A DNA stretch of 32,000 nucleotides, from positions 1 through 32,000 of the forward strand of contig JAITBP010000010.1 of the NCBI GenBank assembly GCA_031283585.1, read 5' to 3'. The notes under the pieces were generated by a model. It ran no database searches, was not told the DNA's origin, and worked only from the letters and a program-made list of their open reading frames with translations. The DNA is from Puniceicoccales bacterium (GTDB lineage: Bacteria; Verrucomicrobiota; Verrucomicrobiia; Opitutales; LL51). Shown in pieces: positions 17,629 to 26,183 of this stretch (positions within the stretch are counted from its first letter, which is position 1; every line of letters begins with the position of its first letter). The position numbers were made by a program, and so were the translations under genes.

Positions 17629-19296
17629 TCACTCATCCATGTTATTTTCATCAGAAAATTGCATGATTTCGGCTAGAGTTGTCCTGCCTTTTTTTACCTG
17701 TTCCCAGGCACATTTTGACAACGTTTCCATCCCGTGTTCTATGGCTATATCTCGTATTATTTTCGTCGGCGTACCCTTTATGATTTCCGAATGAAGTCTG
17801 TCATTTACCACAAGAACCTCAAACACAGCGAGTCTTCCACGGAACCCATTTTTACATTTATCACAGCCTTTGCCTTCGAATATTTTATCGCTAAATTGTA
17901 TTTCGTCTTTAGGGTCTATCCCAAGGGCTTTTAGGCAGTGGCTCAGTTCAGCCTCTTCGTATTTCTTTGGTTTTGCACAGTGTGGACAAAGTTTCCTGAC
18001 CAATCTTTGGGCTACCACCAATTGTAATGAACTTGCGATCATGAATGGCTCGAGATTCATGTCTACTAATCTTGAAATCGCTCCAGCTGAGTCATTTGTA
18101 TGTAATGTACTGAGCACAAGGTGTCCGGTAATAGAGGCTCTTATGGCTATGTCAGCCGTTTCCTGATCTCTTATCTCACCTATCATCACCACATCCGGAT
18201 CTTGCCTCAATATGGAACGCAATGCACTGGCAAAGGTCATGCCGATGTCTGACTGAACCTGGCATTGGTTTATACCAGCGATTTCGTACTCCACAGGGTC
18301 TTCCACAGTTATTATCCTGATTTCCGGCGATCTTATCTTTCTTATACAGGCTCCAAGCATTGTTGATTTACCAGAACCTGTTGGACCGGTTACCAATACG
18401 ATACCATGCGGCCTGGTTATTGCATTCACTATCTTTTTTAACTCAGGTTCTCCCAGCCCCATGTCTTCTATGGATACTGGTGCATCACCCAGGTCCAATA
18501 GACGAAGGCTGATGCTTTCTCCATATACCATTGGCAATGTGGACACACGTATATCCACAGATTTTTCGCTTGATTTAAAAGATATACGGCCATCCTGAGG
18601 TCTTCTTTTCTCAGAAATGTTCAATTTGGCCATGATCTTTAGGCGAGAAATTACCGCTGCCTGGTAATAGATCAAATTTGGCGGAAGTTTGACTGGTACA
18701 AGCGCACCATCAATACGATATCTTATTTGCAAAGCATTCTTTTGGGGCTCAAAGTGAATATCGGTGGCTCTATCTATGAGCGCCTGTTTTATTACCTCAT
18801 TTACGAATTTTATTATTACAGCATCTTCATCTTCGTCAATGACTTCTGATTTTGCCTGAAGATTACCACTTTCATCACCCTCTAGAAAATTATCTGCTCC
18901 AACACCAAATTTGGCGTTTATTATCTTTTTTATTTCACTGGCATCACCCAGGAGATATTTGTGATCGCTTGGACAGGCGGCCTTCATCCAACGCTTCATC
19001 ATTTCATTCGGTGGCCAGCCAAAAATTATGGCAATCGATTCATCTTCCTGCTTTATAGGAATGCATATATATTCATGGATGATTTGTGATGGGATTACCG
19101 CCGTTATATCATCACAGGCCTCGAATTTCTCAACAAACTCCAAACCTGAGGCTTTGGATAACCAGCTATAGGTATCCTTGATACTATAATCCAATTTTTC
19201 TGCAAGAACTTTGGCTCTTTTTTCAATTTGTGCACCGAGAATATCGCTTTCAACGTCACTGCCAAGTTCACTAATCTTATTTTCCAAATTATCCAT
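17629..19296 (-). CDS. gspE: GspE/PilB-family type II secretion / type IV pilus assembly ATPase
   Basis: T2SSE N-terminal domain, Walker A 'VTGPTGSGKST', Asp box 'ITVEDPVEYEI', Walker B 'PDVVMIGEIRD', His box 'TGHLVLSTLHTN' and tetracysteine 'CPHC...CDKC'. The first ATG is at 19296; the longest ORF starts at TTG 19326. Confidence 0.92.
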   Translation of the reverse strand: MDNLENKISELGSDVESDILGAQIEKRAKVLAEKLDYSIKDTYSWLSKASGLEFVEKFEACDDITAVIPSQIIHEYICIPIKQEDESIAIIFGWPPNEMMKRWMKAACPSDHKYLLGDASEIKKIINAKFGVGADNFLEGDESGNLQAKSEVIDEDEDAVIIKFVNEVIKQALIDRATDIHFEPQKNALQIRYRIDGALVPVKLPPNLIYYQAAVISRLKIMAKLNISEKRRPQDGRISFKSSEKSVDIRVSTLPMVYGESISLRLLDLGDAPVSIEDMGLGEPELKKIVNAITRPHGIVLVTGPTGSGKSTMLGACIRKIRSPEIRIITVEDPVEYEIAGINQCQVQSDIGMTFASALRSILRQDPDVVMIGEIRDQETADIAIRASITGHLVLSTLHTNDSAGAISRLVDMNLEPFMIASSLQLVVAQRLVRKLCPHCAKPKKYEEAELSHCLKALGIDPKDEIQFSDKIFEGKGCDKCKNGFRGRLAVFEVLVVNDRLHSEIIKGTPTKIIRDIAIEHGMETLSKCAWEQVKKGRTTLAEIMQFSDENNMDE

Positions 19297-19319
19297 TTTT
19301 ACATAAATAATACCATTGT

Positions 19320-20447
19320 CTACCAATCATAACCATCGTAATCATCATAATAATCATAGTCGCCGTAGCTACTATTCTCACTACTACTATAGTAATTATT
19401 ATCATATGAATTACTATTACCCTGTTGCTCACCTGGTACTATTTGCTTTCCCTGTTTTAGTATCTCCAGATCCTGCTCCCTTCCATTTTGCTGTTTGATT
19501 CGTATAACTTTTTTAATCGGATCATAGGCCACAATGGAAAGTGGATCAGCTTCATTGGTTGAGTTTGTATTAATCACAAAACTTCGTTTCTCAGCCTTGT
19601 TATAGAAACTGAAAAAGTCTCCTTTGCTTTTACTATTTTTACCAAATGTAAGAATGCCATGGAATTCCAGATCCAGCTTTGGTAAAGAATCCATATTTGG
19701 GGTTGCATCTTTATCTTCGCCTTCTTTGTCTTTGCTACCTTTTTTATCACTGGGTTTTTCCACCGGAGCTGGAGGAATATATTTACCAAATGGAGAATTC
19801 TCCAACAAAGAATCAAATTTCAATAACTCCTTATTAATTGGCTTATCCTGGTCCTCATCTTCGGCTGACTCATCCTCATCAGATTTATCATCGGATTCTT
19901 CGGAGGATTCCTCTTTATCCTGGTCCTCATCATCAGAGGATTCCTCCTCGTCATCAGATTTATCATCGGACTCTTCGGAGGATTCTTCTTTATCCTGGTC
20001 CTCATCATCAGCTGATTCCTCGTCGTCGGATTTGTCGGCCACAGCTTCGGCGGGCTTATTGCTACCAGCTGCTGCCACACCAGCTTTGCTCTTATCAGGT
20101 TTAGCGGCATCTTCGGAGGATTCTTCTTTATTCTTGCCCTCGTCATCAGAAGATTCCTTGTCGTCGGATTTGTCGGCCACAGCTTTGACTGGCTTATTGC
20201 CACCAGCTGCGGCCACACCAGCTTTGCTCTTATCAGGTTTGGCGGCATCTTCGGAGGATTCTTCTTTATCCTGGTCCTCATCATCAGCTGATTCCTCGTC
20301 GTCGGATTTATCGGCCACAGCTTCGGCAGGCTTATTGCCACCGGCTGCGGTCGCATCCGCCTTACTCGGATTAGAATTTTCAGCTGTAGCTATATTAACC
20401 AGCAGAAGAATTGCTAAAAATACTTTAATAGCATCGCGCATCGTCAT
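19320..20447 (-). CDS. secreted hyper-acidic tandem-repeat protein; the C-terminal domain resembles the PilP/GspC homology region (putative secretin-docking component)
   Basis: Signal peptide 'MTMRDAIKVFLAILLLVNIATA'. About 180 aa of D/E/S/K repeats. A beta-pattern region 'LDLEFHGILTFG...RSFVIN...LSIVAYDPIKKVIRIKQQNGREQDLEIL'. A Tyr/Asp tail ending 'DYDYYDDYDGYDW'. Lies within the operon between gspD and gspE. The CDS call is solid; the function is an inference. Confidence 0.8.
   Translation of the reverse strand: MTMRDAIKVFLAILLLVNIATAENSNPSKADATAAGGNKPAEAVADKSDDEESADDEDQDKEESSEDAAKPDKSKAGVAAAGGNKPVKAVADKSDDKESSDDEGKNKEESSEDAAKPDKSKAGVAAAGSNKPAEAVADKSDDEESADDEDQDKEESSEESDDKSDDEEESSDDEDQDKEESSEESDDKSDEDESAEDEDQDKPINKELLKFDSLLENSPFGKYIPPAPVEKPSDKKGSKDKEGEDKDATPNMDSLPKLDLEFHGILTFGKNSKSKGDFFSFYNKAEKRSFVINTNSTNEADPLSIVAYDPIKKVIRIKQQNGREQDLEILKQGKQIVPGEQQGNSNSYDNNYYSSSENSSYGDYDYYDDYDGYDW
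19898..20352. repeat. coding tandem repeats: 138-bp unit x about 2.7 (starts 19973, 20111, 20249), preceded by a related 75-bp unit (19898)
   Basis: Each unit begins 'cttcggaggattc...' on the plus strand. The copies at 19973 and 20249 are nearly identical, while the middle copy diverges ('ttcttgccctcgtcatcagaagattccttg'). The 46-aa unit is AAGGNKPAEAVADKSDDEESADDEDQDKEESSEDAAKPDKSKAGVA. Confidence 0.9.
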
Positions 20448-20462
20448 AATAAGTTTAATTCA

Positions 20463-22943
20463 CTACCTTCTCCTGCGAAATCGCTTTATGTTGTTCTTAT
20501 CACCTACATTTCCACCGGTATTATTTTGACTTTTATTATTTTTATTTCCATCCTGCGGTACATTGGTCACATTATTAACCGTTGTATCTTTACTTTTCTC
20601 CTCCAATTCTAGCTGTTGATGTTCCTGTAATATTTTTTCGCGTTCGCGCTTTTTTCTCCTACTTTCAGCTAACTGTAATCCAAACAAGGTGTCTTCAGGG
20701 AATGGCTCTCCATCTTTGAATTTTCCGTTTCTAATATAGGAATTCATATCCTGGGTGAGGTCTGCAGCAGTTAATCTTTTTTCGAGATAGCCAACCTCAT
20801 CCTGGGGCTGTAATATTATCGTCGGCTTGATGAATATTATTAGTTCTGTTGTTGTTTCTTTCCTCCTTCTTGAAGAAAACAGTGCATCGCCGACAACTGG
20901 TAAATCGCCTAATAACCACATCTTGCCTCCGCTATTTTCCATAATTTTTTCCTGTAATCCTGCCATCACAACTACGTCCATATCGGCTACGCTTACAAAC
21001 GAGGTTGCATGTTTTGTAGAAATAATAGGTTGAGTCCCTGCGGAAAATACGGCTTCCCCTATTTTCTTTTCAATTTTCTGTTCTATTTCCAACTGAATTA
21101 TCCCATTATTACCAATAAGCGGCTTAACTTTCAGCATAATGCCAACATTCTTGTAGGTTATATTGGTTTTTACTCCACCGCCGGTATTGGCATCGGATAC
21201 ACTTGATTCAAGGATCGGCATGGATTCTCCAACTTCTATCAAAGCTTCCCTGTTATGGGTTGTAACTATGGTTGGTGCCGACATTATTTTTATATTTGAG
21301 TCGGTTTTGGCTTTTCCAAACACAGTATCTAGTGAAAAATTCCTTAAATTTCCTGTCAGTTTGAAATGGCTATCAGCTCCACCAATGGTATAGCTTATCT
21401 CACTACCTTTACCACCGGACGAGTCTGATGAAGAAGAGGCTCCCTCTGCCCCACCTTCGCCACCGGATGAGCCACCAGATGAACCACCGGACGGTTTAAA
21501 GCCAACATTGAAAGCATCCAGTCCACTTACCTGCCCCTTATCCAGCGTCACCTGGGCAATAACCACTTCTATCCTGACCTGATCCAGTAGCACATCAAGT
21601 TTGCTTATAATTGACTTCACCCTGGAAATATCCGAAGGGGTTCCGTGGACTATGATAGAATTGCTGCGATCATCGTGTTCAATAGCCAATGAATTAGAAA
21701 ATTGCATATCCTGTTCACCTAATTGATTGCTTATGGAGTTGGCAGAACTTGTATCGGCGCTATTTGGCATACCTATTGAGAATCTGGGCGGTACGGGTGC
21801 GGAATTTTGATTCCTCTGAGCCTGCAATTCTAGATTAGCAAGTCTATAGGAATTGGCCTTATCTTCTTGTTTTCGTTGTTCATCTATTATTTTTCTCATT
21901 ACTTCCGAGATATCTTTGGCATCACCATGTTTTATCCTAATTACCTCGGTCCTGGTTAGCGGCTCCTTATTTACATCTAGGTTGGTTATAATTCTTTTGA
22001 TCACACTTAGACTTTCCGAAGGTGCCATTATTATAAGCTGATTGGTCGTTTCATCGCTTTCGATGGTAGTATTGTTTGAAAAATATTTTTTAAACGAACC
22101 ATGATTGCATATATCCTTTATGCACTTCATCACCGATGAAACCTTTACATTGTTTAGCACATGAAAATACATCTCCTCTTTTATATCAATCGGCACATCT
22201 ACCCTTTTTACTATTTCCTCTATTCTCTGCAAATTGGCGAGACTATCTATAACCAACAGCGAATTCGATGACTGGAAATGAATTACCTGGGACAGCGAGC
22301 CGGTGACTAGAGGTTTTATTAGCTTATTGAAGTCACCAGCATCGAGGTATGAAAATGTAAAAAATTTCGAATAGGCCTTTTGGCTGGCAACCACATCAAC
22401 TAGTGTATCATCAACCAGCTCCGGCGCGTTACTAGAGGTATTTTTAGCTGTAACAGCTTTGATAAAATCATCGCCCATATCTATTATTGCTATGCCATTC
22501 AAAGCCAATAAGCTTTCTATGGCCAATATGGCTTCGGCCCTTGTCATAGGCTGCTGAATTTCCAGGCTTATTTTAGTCTCTGGTATTTTTTCCCTCAAAA
22601 CCGTTTTGCCGGTTAATTTCTCTAATATGGATAGCACCTGATTAACCCCTTCTTCGGCTAAAACAAGTTGTTCCACTATGTCATTGCTTGGATCACTATC
22701 ATCATCCACCTCGGTATTATCATCCACCTCGGCCTCGGTATTGTTACCACCATTAGAGCCGTCAGAGTCATTGCTATTTTCAGCATCATCACCACCAATC
22801 TCGCCAGCTGCCATAGGGTTATTATCTTCATGTTGTTGGTCCAATTGGTCCATATCCTCGTCTAAATCTGCACAGTGTGAAGAGGTATACGCAAAAAAAC
22901 ATAAAATGGTTAAAAATAAAACTTTGCCTCTATTCATTTTCAT
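20463..22943 (-). CDS. gspD: GspD-type secretin (N0-N3 domains + secretin domain) with acidic N-terminal leader region, Gly/Ser-rich loop and basic C-terminal tail
   Basis: Signal peptide. N0 'VNQVLSILEKLTGKTVLREKIPETKISLEIQQPMTRAEAILAIESLLALNGIAII'. Secretin core 'VRIEVVIAQVTLD', 'IKIMSAPTIVTTHNREALIEVGE' and 'LLGDLPVVGDALFSSRRRKETTTELIIFIKPTII'. Confidence 0.9.
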   Translation of the reverse strand: MKMNRGKVLFLTILCFFAYTSSHCADLDEDMDQLDQQHEDNNPMAAGEIGGDDAENSNDSDGSNGGNNTEAEVDDNTEVDDDSDPSNDIVEQLVLAEEGVNQVLSILEKLTGKTVLREKIPETKISLEIQQPMTRAEAILAIESLLALNGIAIIDMGDDFIKAVTAKNTSSNAPELVDDTLVDVVASQKAYSKFFTFSYLDAGDFNKLIKPLVTGSLSQVIHFQSSNSLLVIDSLANLQRIEEIVKRVDVPIDIKEEMYFHVLNNVKVSSVMKCIKDICNHGSFKKYFSNNTTIESDETTNQLIIMAPSESLSVIKRIITNLDVNKEPLTRTEVIRIKHGDAKDISEVMRKIIDEQRKQEDKANSYRLANLELQAQRNQNSAPVPPRFSIGMPNSADTSSANSISNQLGEQDMQFSNSLAIEHDDRSNSIIVHGTPSDISRVKSIISKLDVLLDQVRIEVVIAQVTLDKGQVSGLDAFNVGFKPSGGSSGGSSGGEGGAEGASSSSDSSGGKGSEISYTIGGADSHFKLTGNLRNFSLDTVFGKAKTDSNIKIMSAPTIVTTHNREALIEVGESMPILESSVSDANTGGGVKTNITYKNVGIMLKVKPLIGNNGIIQLEIEQKIEKKIGEAVFSAGTQPIISTKHATSFVSVADMDVVVMAGLQEKIMENSGGKMWLLGDLPVVGDALFSSRRRKETTTELIIFIKPTIILQPQDEVGYLEKRLTAADLTQDMNSYIRNGKFKDGEPFPEDTLFGLQLAESRRKKREREKILQEHQQLELEEKSKDTTVNNVTNVPQDGNKNNKSQNNTGGNVGDKNNIKRFRRRR

Positions 22944-23568
22944 TTATAAAATCGTAATTCATGTATATTTGTGGTAACACATACATATTTGTGTCTTTTA
23001 TCAAATTAGCTATCAGATCATTGATATTTTGTTTTTCACTGTTTATACCAAGAGCCGTAATGACAAATTTCGCAGATATTATGCCATTACCCGACGATGA
23101 CAGATCAACTTCCTCCACACGCAAATTCTTTTGTTGAGTCTCTATCATATTATCAAATAACAACAAACTTTCCATTTTTAACCCCGAGAAACTGATAGCA
23201 ATTTTATGAAATTCGAAAAAATCCTTTGATTCGGTTGATGGACTTTCTAGCGAATATTGTTCATCAGCCTCGCGTGCCGCATCGTCTACCACCTCCATTA
23301 ATCGATGCTCATCCATTTTATCATTTTTAAAAATATTAGCTACAGTATCTTTAAATTCATCGGAAATAATTTTTTCGTCATCAAGCCATTTTTTTTGACT
23401 AGACATTAAATTTTCATTATTAGTCCGCATTTCTACTAAAATTTTAGTATTTTTAGACACAAGATACAGTGAAGAGATCAACAAAGAAAAAGCTGTAATT
23501 AGAATGATCCTGCGTATATTTGGACTCATGTAGAAAAACATACCTTTTAATTTGGCGAATATATTCAT
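22930..23568 (-). CDS. bitopic membrane protein, GspM/PilO-like by architecture
   Basis: 212 aa with TM 'IRRIILITAFSLLISSLYLV', then a helical segment and a small alpha/beta domain ('FHKIAISFSGLKMESLLLFDNMIE...ISAKFVITAL'). ATGA overlap with the upstream gene and a 14-nt overlap with gspD. No motif-level proof. Confidence 0.5.
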   Translation of the reverse strand: MNIFAKLKGMFFYMSPNIRRIILITAFSLLISSLYLVSKNTKILVEMRTNNENLMSSQKKWLDDEKIISDEFKDTVANIFKNDKMDEHRLMEVVDDAAREADEQYSLESPSTESKDFFEFHKIAISFSGLKMESLLLFDNMIETQQKNLRVEEVDLSSSGNGIISAKFVITALGINSEKQNINDLIANLIKDTNMYVLPQIYMNYDFINENE

Positions 23569-24644
23569 GATTCCTTTGCCTCCAATACTATGGAAAACGT
23601 AGTTTGACCTCCGCTGGTCACAGGCCTAATACATTTAACTGATCGTAATGAATCTAATTCCGATAGCTTATCTGTGTATGCGTTTACTTCTTTTATTTCC
23701 ATCTTTGCCACAGCTGAGATCTCTAGCTTGTTGCAAGCAGTACCCTTAACAGATTTAAACGAAATTTTATCCGGCCTCAGCCTGTTGACATCGTTAAGCA
23801 TTTTGAAATATATTTGCCTTTTTTTAGCAAAAGAATCCAATTCATGTAGCCTTTCATTTTTTTCCTTAACCATCTTCACTATTTTTTCTTTATCAGCTAA
23901 AGTGCGGGAAATGGACGTTTCTTTCGATACATTACGTTCGATCCCAGACAAAAATAAAAACGCTGCAGTGGCCACAAGAGCGGCTAAAACACCACAATCG
24001 AATGATAATAATTGCAAAACTTTGGCTTTACTTCTGGCAGAGTTAAAATACCTGTCATGCAGTTCCATCCACCAAAATTCTTTATTTTTGAAACTTAGTA
24101 ATGTTTTTTGTTCTGTGACATTGCCATTCGATGTTATGGTAACAAAAAGCTTTATTCCTTCAGAAATAACCACTCTATATTTGCGCAACTCCACCACCGG
24201 CAAATGTAAATCCTTGCTATCGTCAAATGACCTTATACCAAAAAATGAGCCATCTATTTTTTCTATAACAATCATCCTATTATTACGCTTAAATACGACA
24301 TCTTCCGAACCAGTATTAATCAGCAGAGCTGGTAAAAATTCTGGAAACATATAATCAGAATCGCTATAGGATGACACAATCCTTTCCCTAAGTGTGGAAT
24401 ATATGAACACACTGCCATTTTTACGATTTACGAAAAAACCATAAAACATGTCATCTTCTTGAAAAGGGCTAGAAGTTTCAAGGCTCAATGACACTATATC
24501 CCCTAGGCTCTTATCGGAAATTTTCTCATCGGGTAATTGGTATCCAGATGCGAAAAAAAGATCACTGCTGATAAATGATACACTTTCACGTATGATCCTG
24601 TATCTCTCCAGGGTTCCAGGTCTTAACTTTTTTCTAGTTGCCAT
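23565..24644 (-). CDS. bitopic membrane protein, GspL-like / PilM-PilN-fusion-like by architecture
   Basis: 359 aa: an approximately 215-aa cytoplasmic domain, TM 'CGVLAALVATAAFLFLSGI', a coiled segment, then a PilN-like C-terminal domain ('ISFKSVKG...LEISAVAK...VKCIRPVTSGGQTTFSIVLEA'). Position within the operon supports the call. Confidence 0.5.
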   Translation of the reverse strand: MATRKKLRPGTLERYRIIRESVSFISSDLFFASGYQLPDEKISDKSLGDIVSLSLETSSPFQEDDMFYGFFVNRKNGSVFIYSTLRERIVSSYSDSDYMFPEFLPALLINTGSEDVVFKRNNRMIVIEKIDGSFFGIRSFDDSKDLHLPVVELRKYRVVISEGIKLFVTITSNGNVTEQKTLLSFKNKEFWWMELHDRYFNSARSKAKVLQLLSFDCGVLAALVATAAFLFLSGIERNVSKETSISRTLADKEKIVKMVKEKNERLHELDSFAKKRQIYFKMLNDVNRLRPDKISFKSVKGTACNKLEISAVAKMEIKEVNAYTDKLSELDSLRSVKCIRPVTSGGQTTFSIVLEAKES

Positions 24645-24659
24645 TTATTATATAACATG

Positions 24660-25985
24660 TCATGTTTCACTTATACTTAAAATATCAAATGTTTCAAACC
24701 TACCTTTAGATTTATTAGCAGGTATAGAATTTACAAGCGCTACCAAAGTGAATTCATCTGCAGTGGATTTAGAGACTTTTATTGTAATTTTCAAATGTGT
24801 GGCATCAATTCCGATAAAGTTCTTAAACCTACCACGAGGAAAGCTTTTGTCTCTATTATTAGCCTCAGCGCTTTTTTGCACGATAGCTTCCTTATATTTA
24901 GAGTATTGCTGTGGATTTTTTCTGGCATTTATTAATGCATTGTTATCCTTTGATCTGGCGCTTCTGATTATTTTTACTTCATATAGCCATTCATCCCTAA
25001 AGTCATTGTGTGAATAAAAATTATCACTATACTCATTACTACCTGCACACAATAATCCAGTATTTGGCTCAGATGATTGTGGACCAACTATAGTATTGCC
25101 ATCAATAATAATACTAGCAGCTGTAAGTATATTTATCTTGAAATTATTAACATCTTTTCCCAAATTTGGTATAATGGTAAAATATTTGCGTAGTTCAGCA
25201 AAATATGAAGTCTCGATTCCATTTTCGTCAAAAAATTTATTTTCATTACCCTTAACTTTACACCACTCTTCTTGAAATAGCTTAGCAAAGTGTTCCAAGG
25301 ACCTTACCTGTAGTTGTGATGCTAATATGGTTTCAATGATTGCCTTTATGTTCTTGTTTTGTAACCCTTTGGCTAACACACAACGACTGATAATACCTGC
25401 ATATATGTTTTCAACCTTCCCAGACTTTTCACCCGTTAGCTTTTTATAAAATTCAGCACATAGTGGGAGCTTACCGGTTTCATCCTCCACTGTTATTTTT
25501 ATCGTCATATCACCATCCTTTATTCCGGTAATATATTCATGTTGTTGTATTATACTACCATTTTCACCTTCCACATTTGATAACTTTTCTTTGATAAAAT
25601 CTGAATTTGGTATTCCAGCTCTTTGCGTTATAGTCTGCATTAAATAATTATTCAGAGCGTATTTTTTCAAAACATAATTTCCCTTTTTACCTTCACTTAC
25701 TGGTATCTCCTCATATCCTCTCAGCCAACCTCGGGTAAAAAGTAATCCACCGCCCCACTCTTTTTTTAATTGATCGAGGGTGGCGATGACCAAATCCATG
25801 TAAGAGTATGCCTTAATCTTTAAATCAATTGGCTCTTTTAGCTGAGAATTATAGGTAATTTCAGATATAACGCTTTTAATGAACACAGTGACCAAACTGG
25901 TCGCAATCAGCATCAAACTTAGCACAAGTAGCAATATACTGCCTGAAGAATTATTTTTACTGACTTTTTTAAACAAAACCACCAA
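24660..25985 (-). CDS. GspK-like minor-pseudopilin-like protein (putative)
   Basis: 441 aa with N-terminal 'NNSSGSILLLVLSLMLIATSLVTVF', a GspK-style hydrophobic segment without Glu+5. 'ITVEDETGKLPL' resembles the GspK 'DE.GK.NLN' motif. TTG/GTG start. First gene of the operon. Confidence 0.55.
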   Translation of the reverse strand: MVVLFKKVSKNNSSGSILLLVLSLMLIATSLVTVFIKSVISEITYNSQLKEPIDLKIKAYSYMDLVIATLDQLKKEWGGGLLFTRGWLRGYEEIPVSEGKKGNYVLKKYALNNYLMQTITQRAGIPNSDFIKEKLSNVEGENGSIIQQHEYITGIKDGDMTIKITVEDETGKLPLCAEFYKKLTGEKSGKVENIYAGIISRCVLAKGLQNKNIKAIIETILASQLQVRSLEHFAKLFQEEWCKVKGNENKFFDENGIETSYFAELRKYFTIIPNLGKDVNNFKINILTAASIIIDGNTIVGPQSSEPNTGLLCAGSNEYSDNFYSHNDFRDEWLYEVKIIRSARSKDNNALINARKNPQQYSKYKEAIVQKSAEANNRDKSFPRGRFKNFIGIDATHLKITIKVSKSTADEFTLVALVNSIPANKSKGRFETFDILSISET

Positions 25986-26081
25986 CTTGATAATAATGAA
26001 ACTACAAAAATAAAAAAGCTTTTTTTATATATATACCCTACCGGCCATATATTTATAATTAAAGCCACCATATCTTTCCCT

Positions 26082-26111
26082 ATTATCCAATCACTATTCC
26101 AAATATGTCAA
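26082..26111 (-). promoter_or_regulatory. candidate sigma70-type promoter of the T2SS-like operon
   Basis: Minus strand TTGACA (26111-26106), 18-nt spacer, GATAAT (26087-26082), about 95 nt upstream of the start at 25985. It lies in the only sizeable non-coding gap upstream of the operon. Confidence 0.3.
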
Positions 26112-26183
26112 TAACGTTTTGTCATATTATAGGTATTATCTCATTGTCTACTAATCAAATCCCGCCTATGCTGTGACCATATC

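Noticed and set aside
19624-20529. A 301-aa Ser/Leu-rich plus-strand ORF and a 178-aa alternative-frame minus-strand ORF (19820-20356), both overlapping the acidic repeat gene.
   Set aside because: Both are by-products of the GA/TC-biased tandem repeats, which keep several frames open. Only the 375-aa frame has a signal peptide, a non-repetitive C-terminal domain and operon-consistent junctions.
23674-24354. A 226-aa plus-strand ORF antisense to the GspL-like gene, and a 141-aa ORF at 24592-25017 antisense to the GspK-like gene.
   Set aside because: They lie on the opposite strand to a tightly coupled operon, have no recognisable motifs, and are the kind of long antisense ORF expected in AT-rich, stop-poor frames.
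26012-26025. The perfect palindrome AAAAAAGCTTTTTT and an adjacent TA-run in the divergent promoter gap.
   Set aside because: It is too AT-rich and short to form a stable hairpin or to be distinguished from chance in this composition. It is noted only as part of the promoter region.
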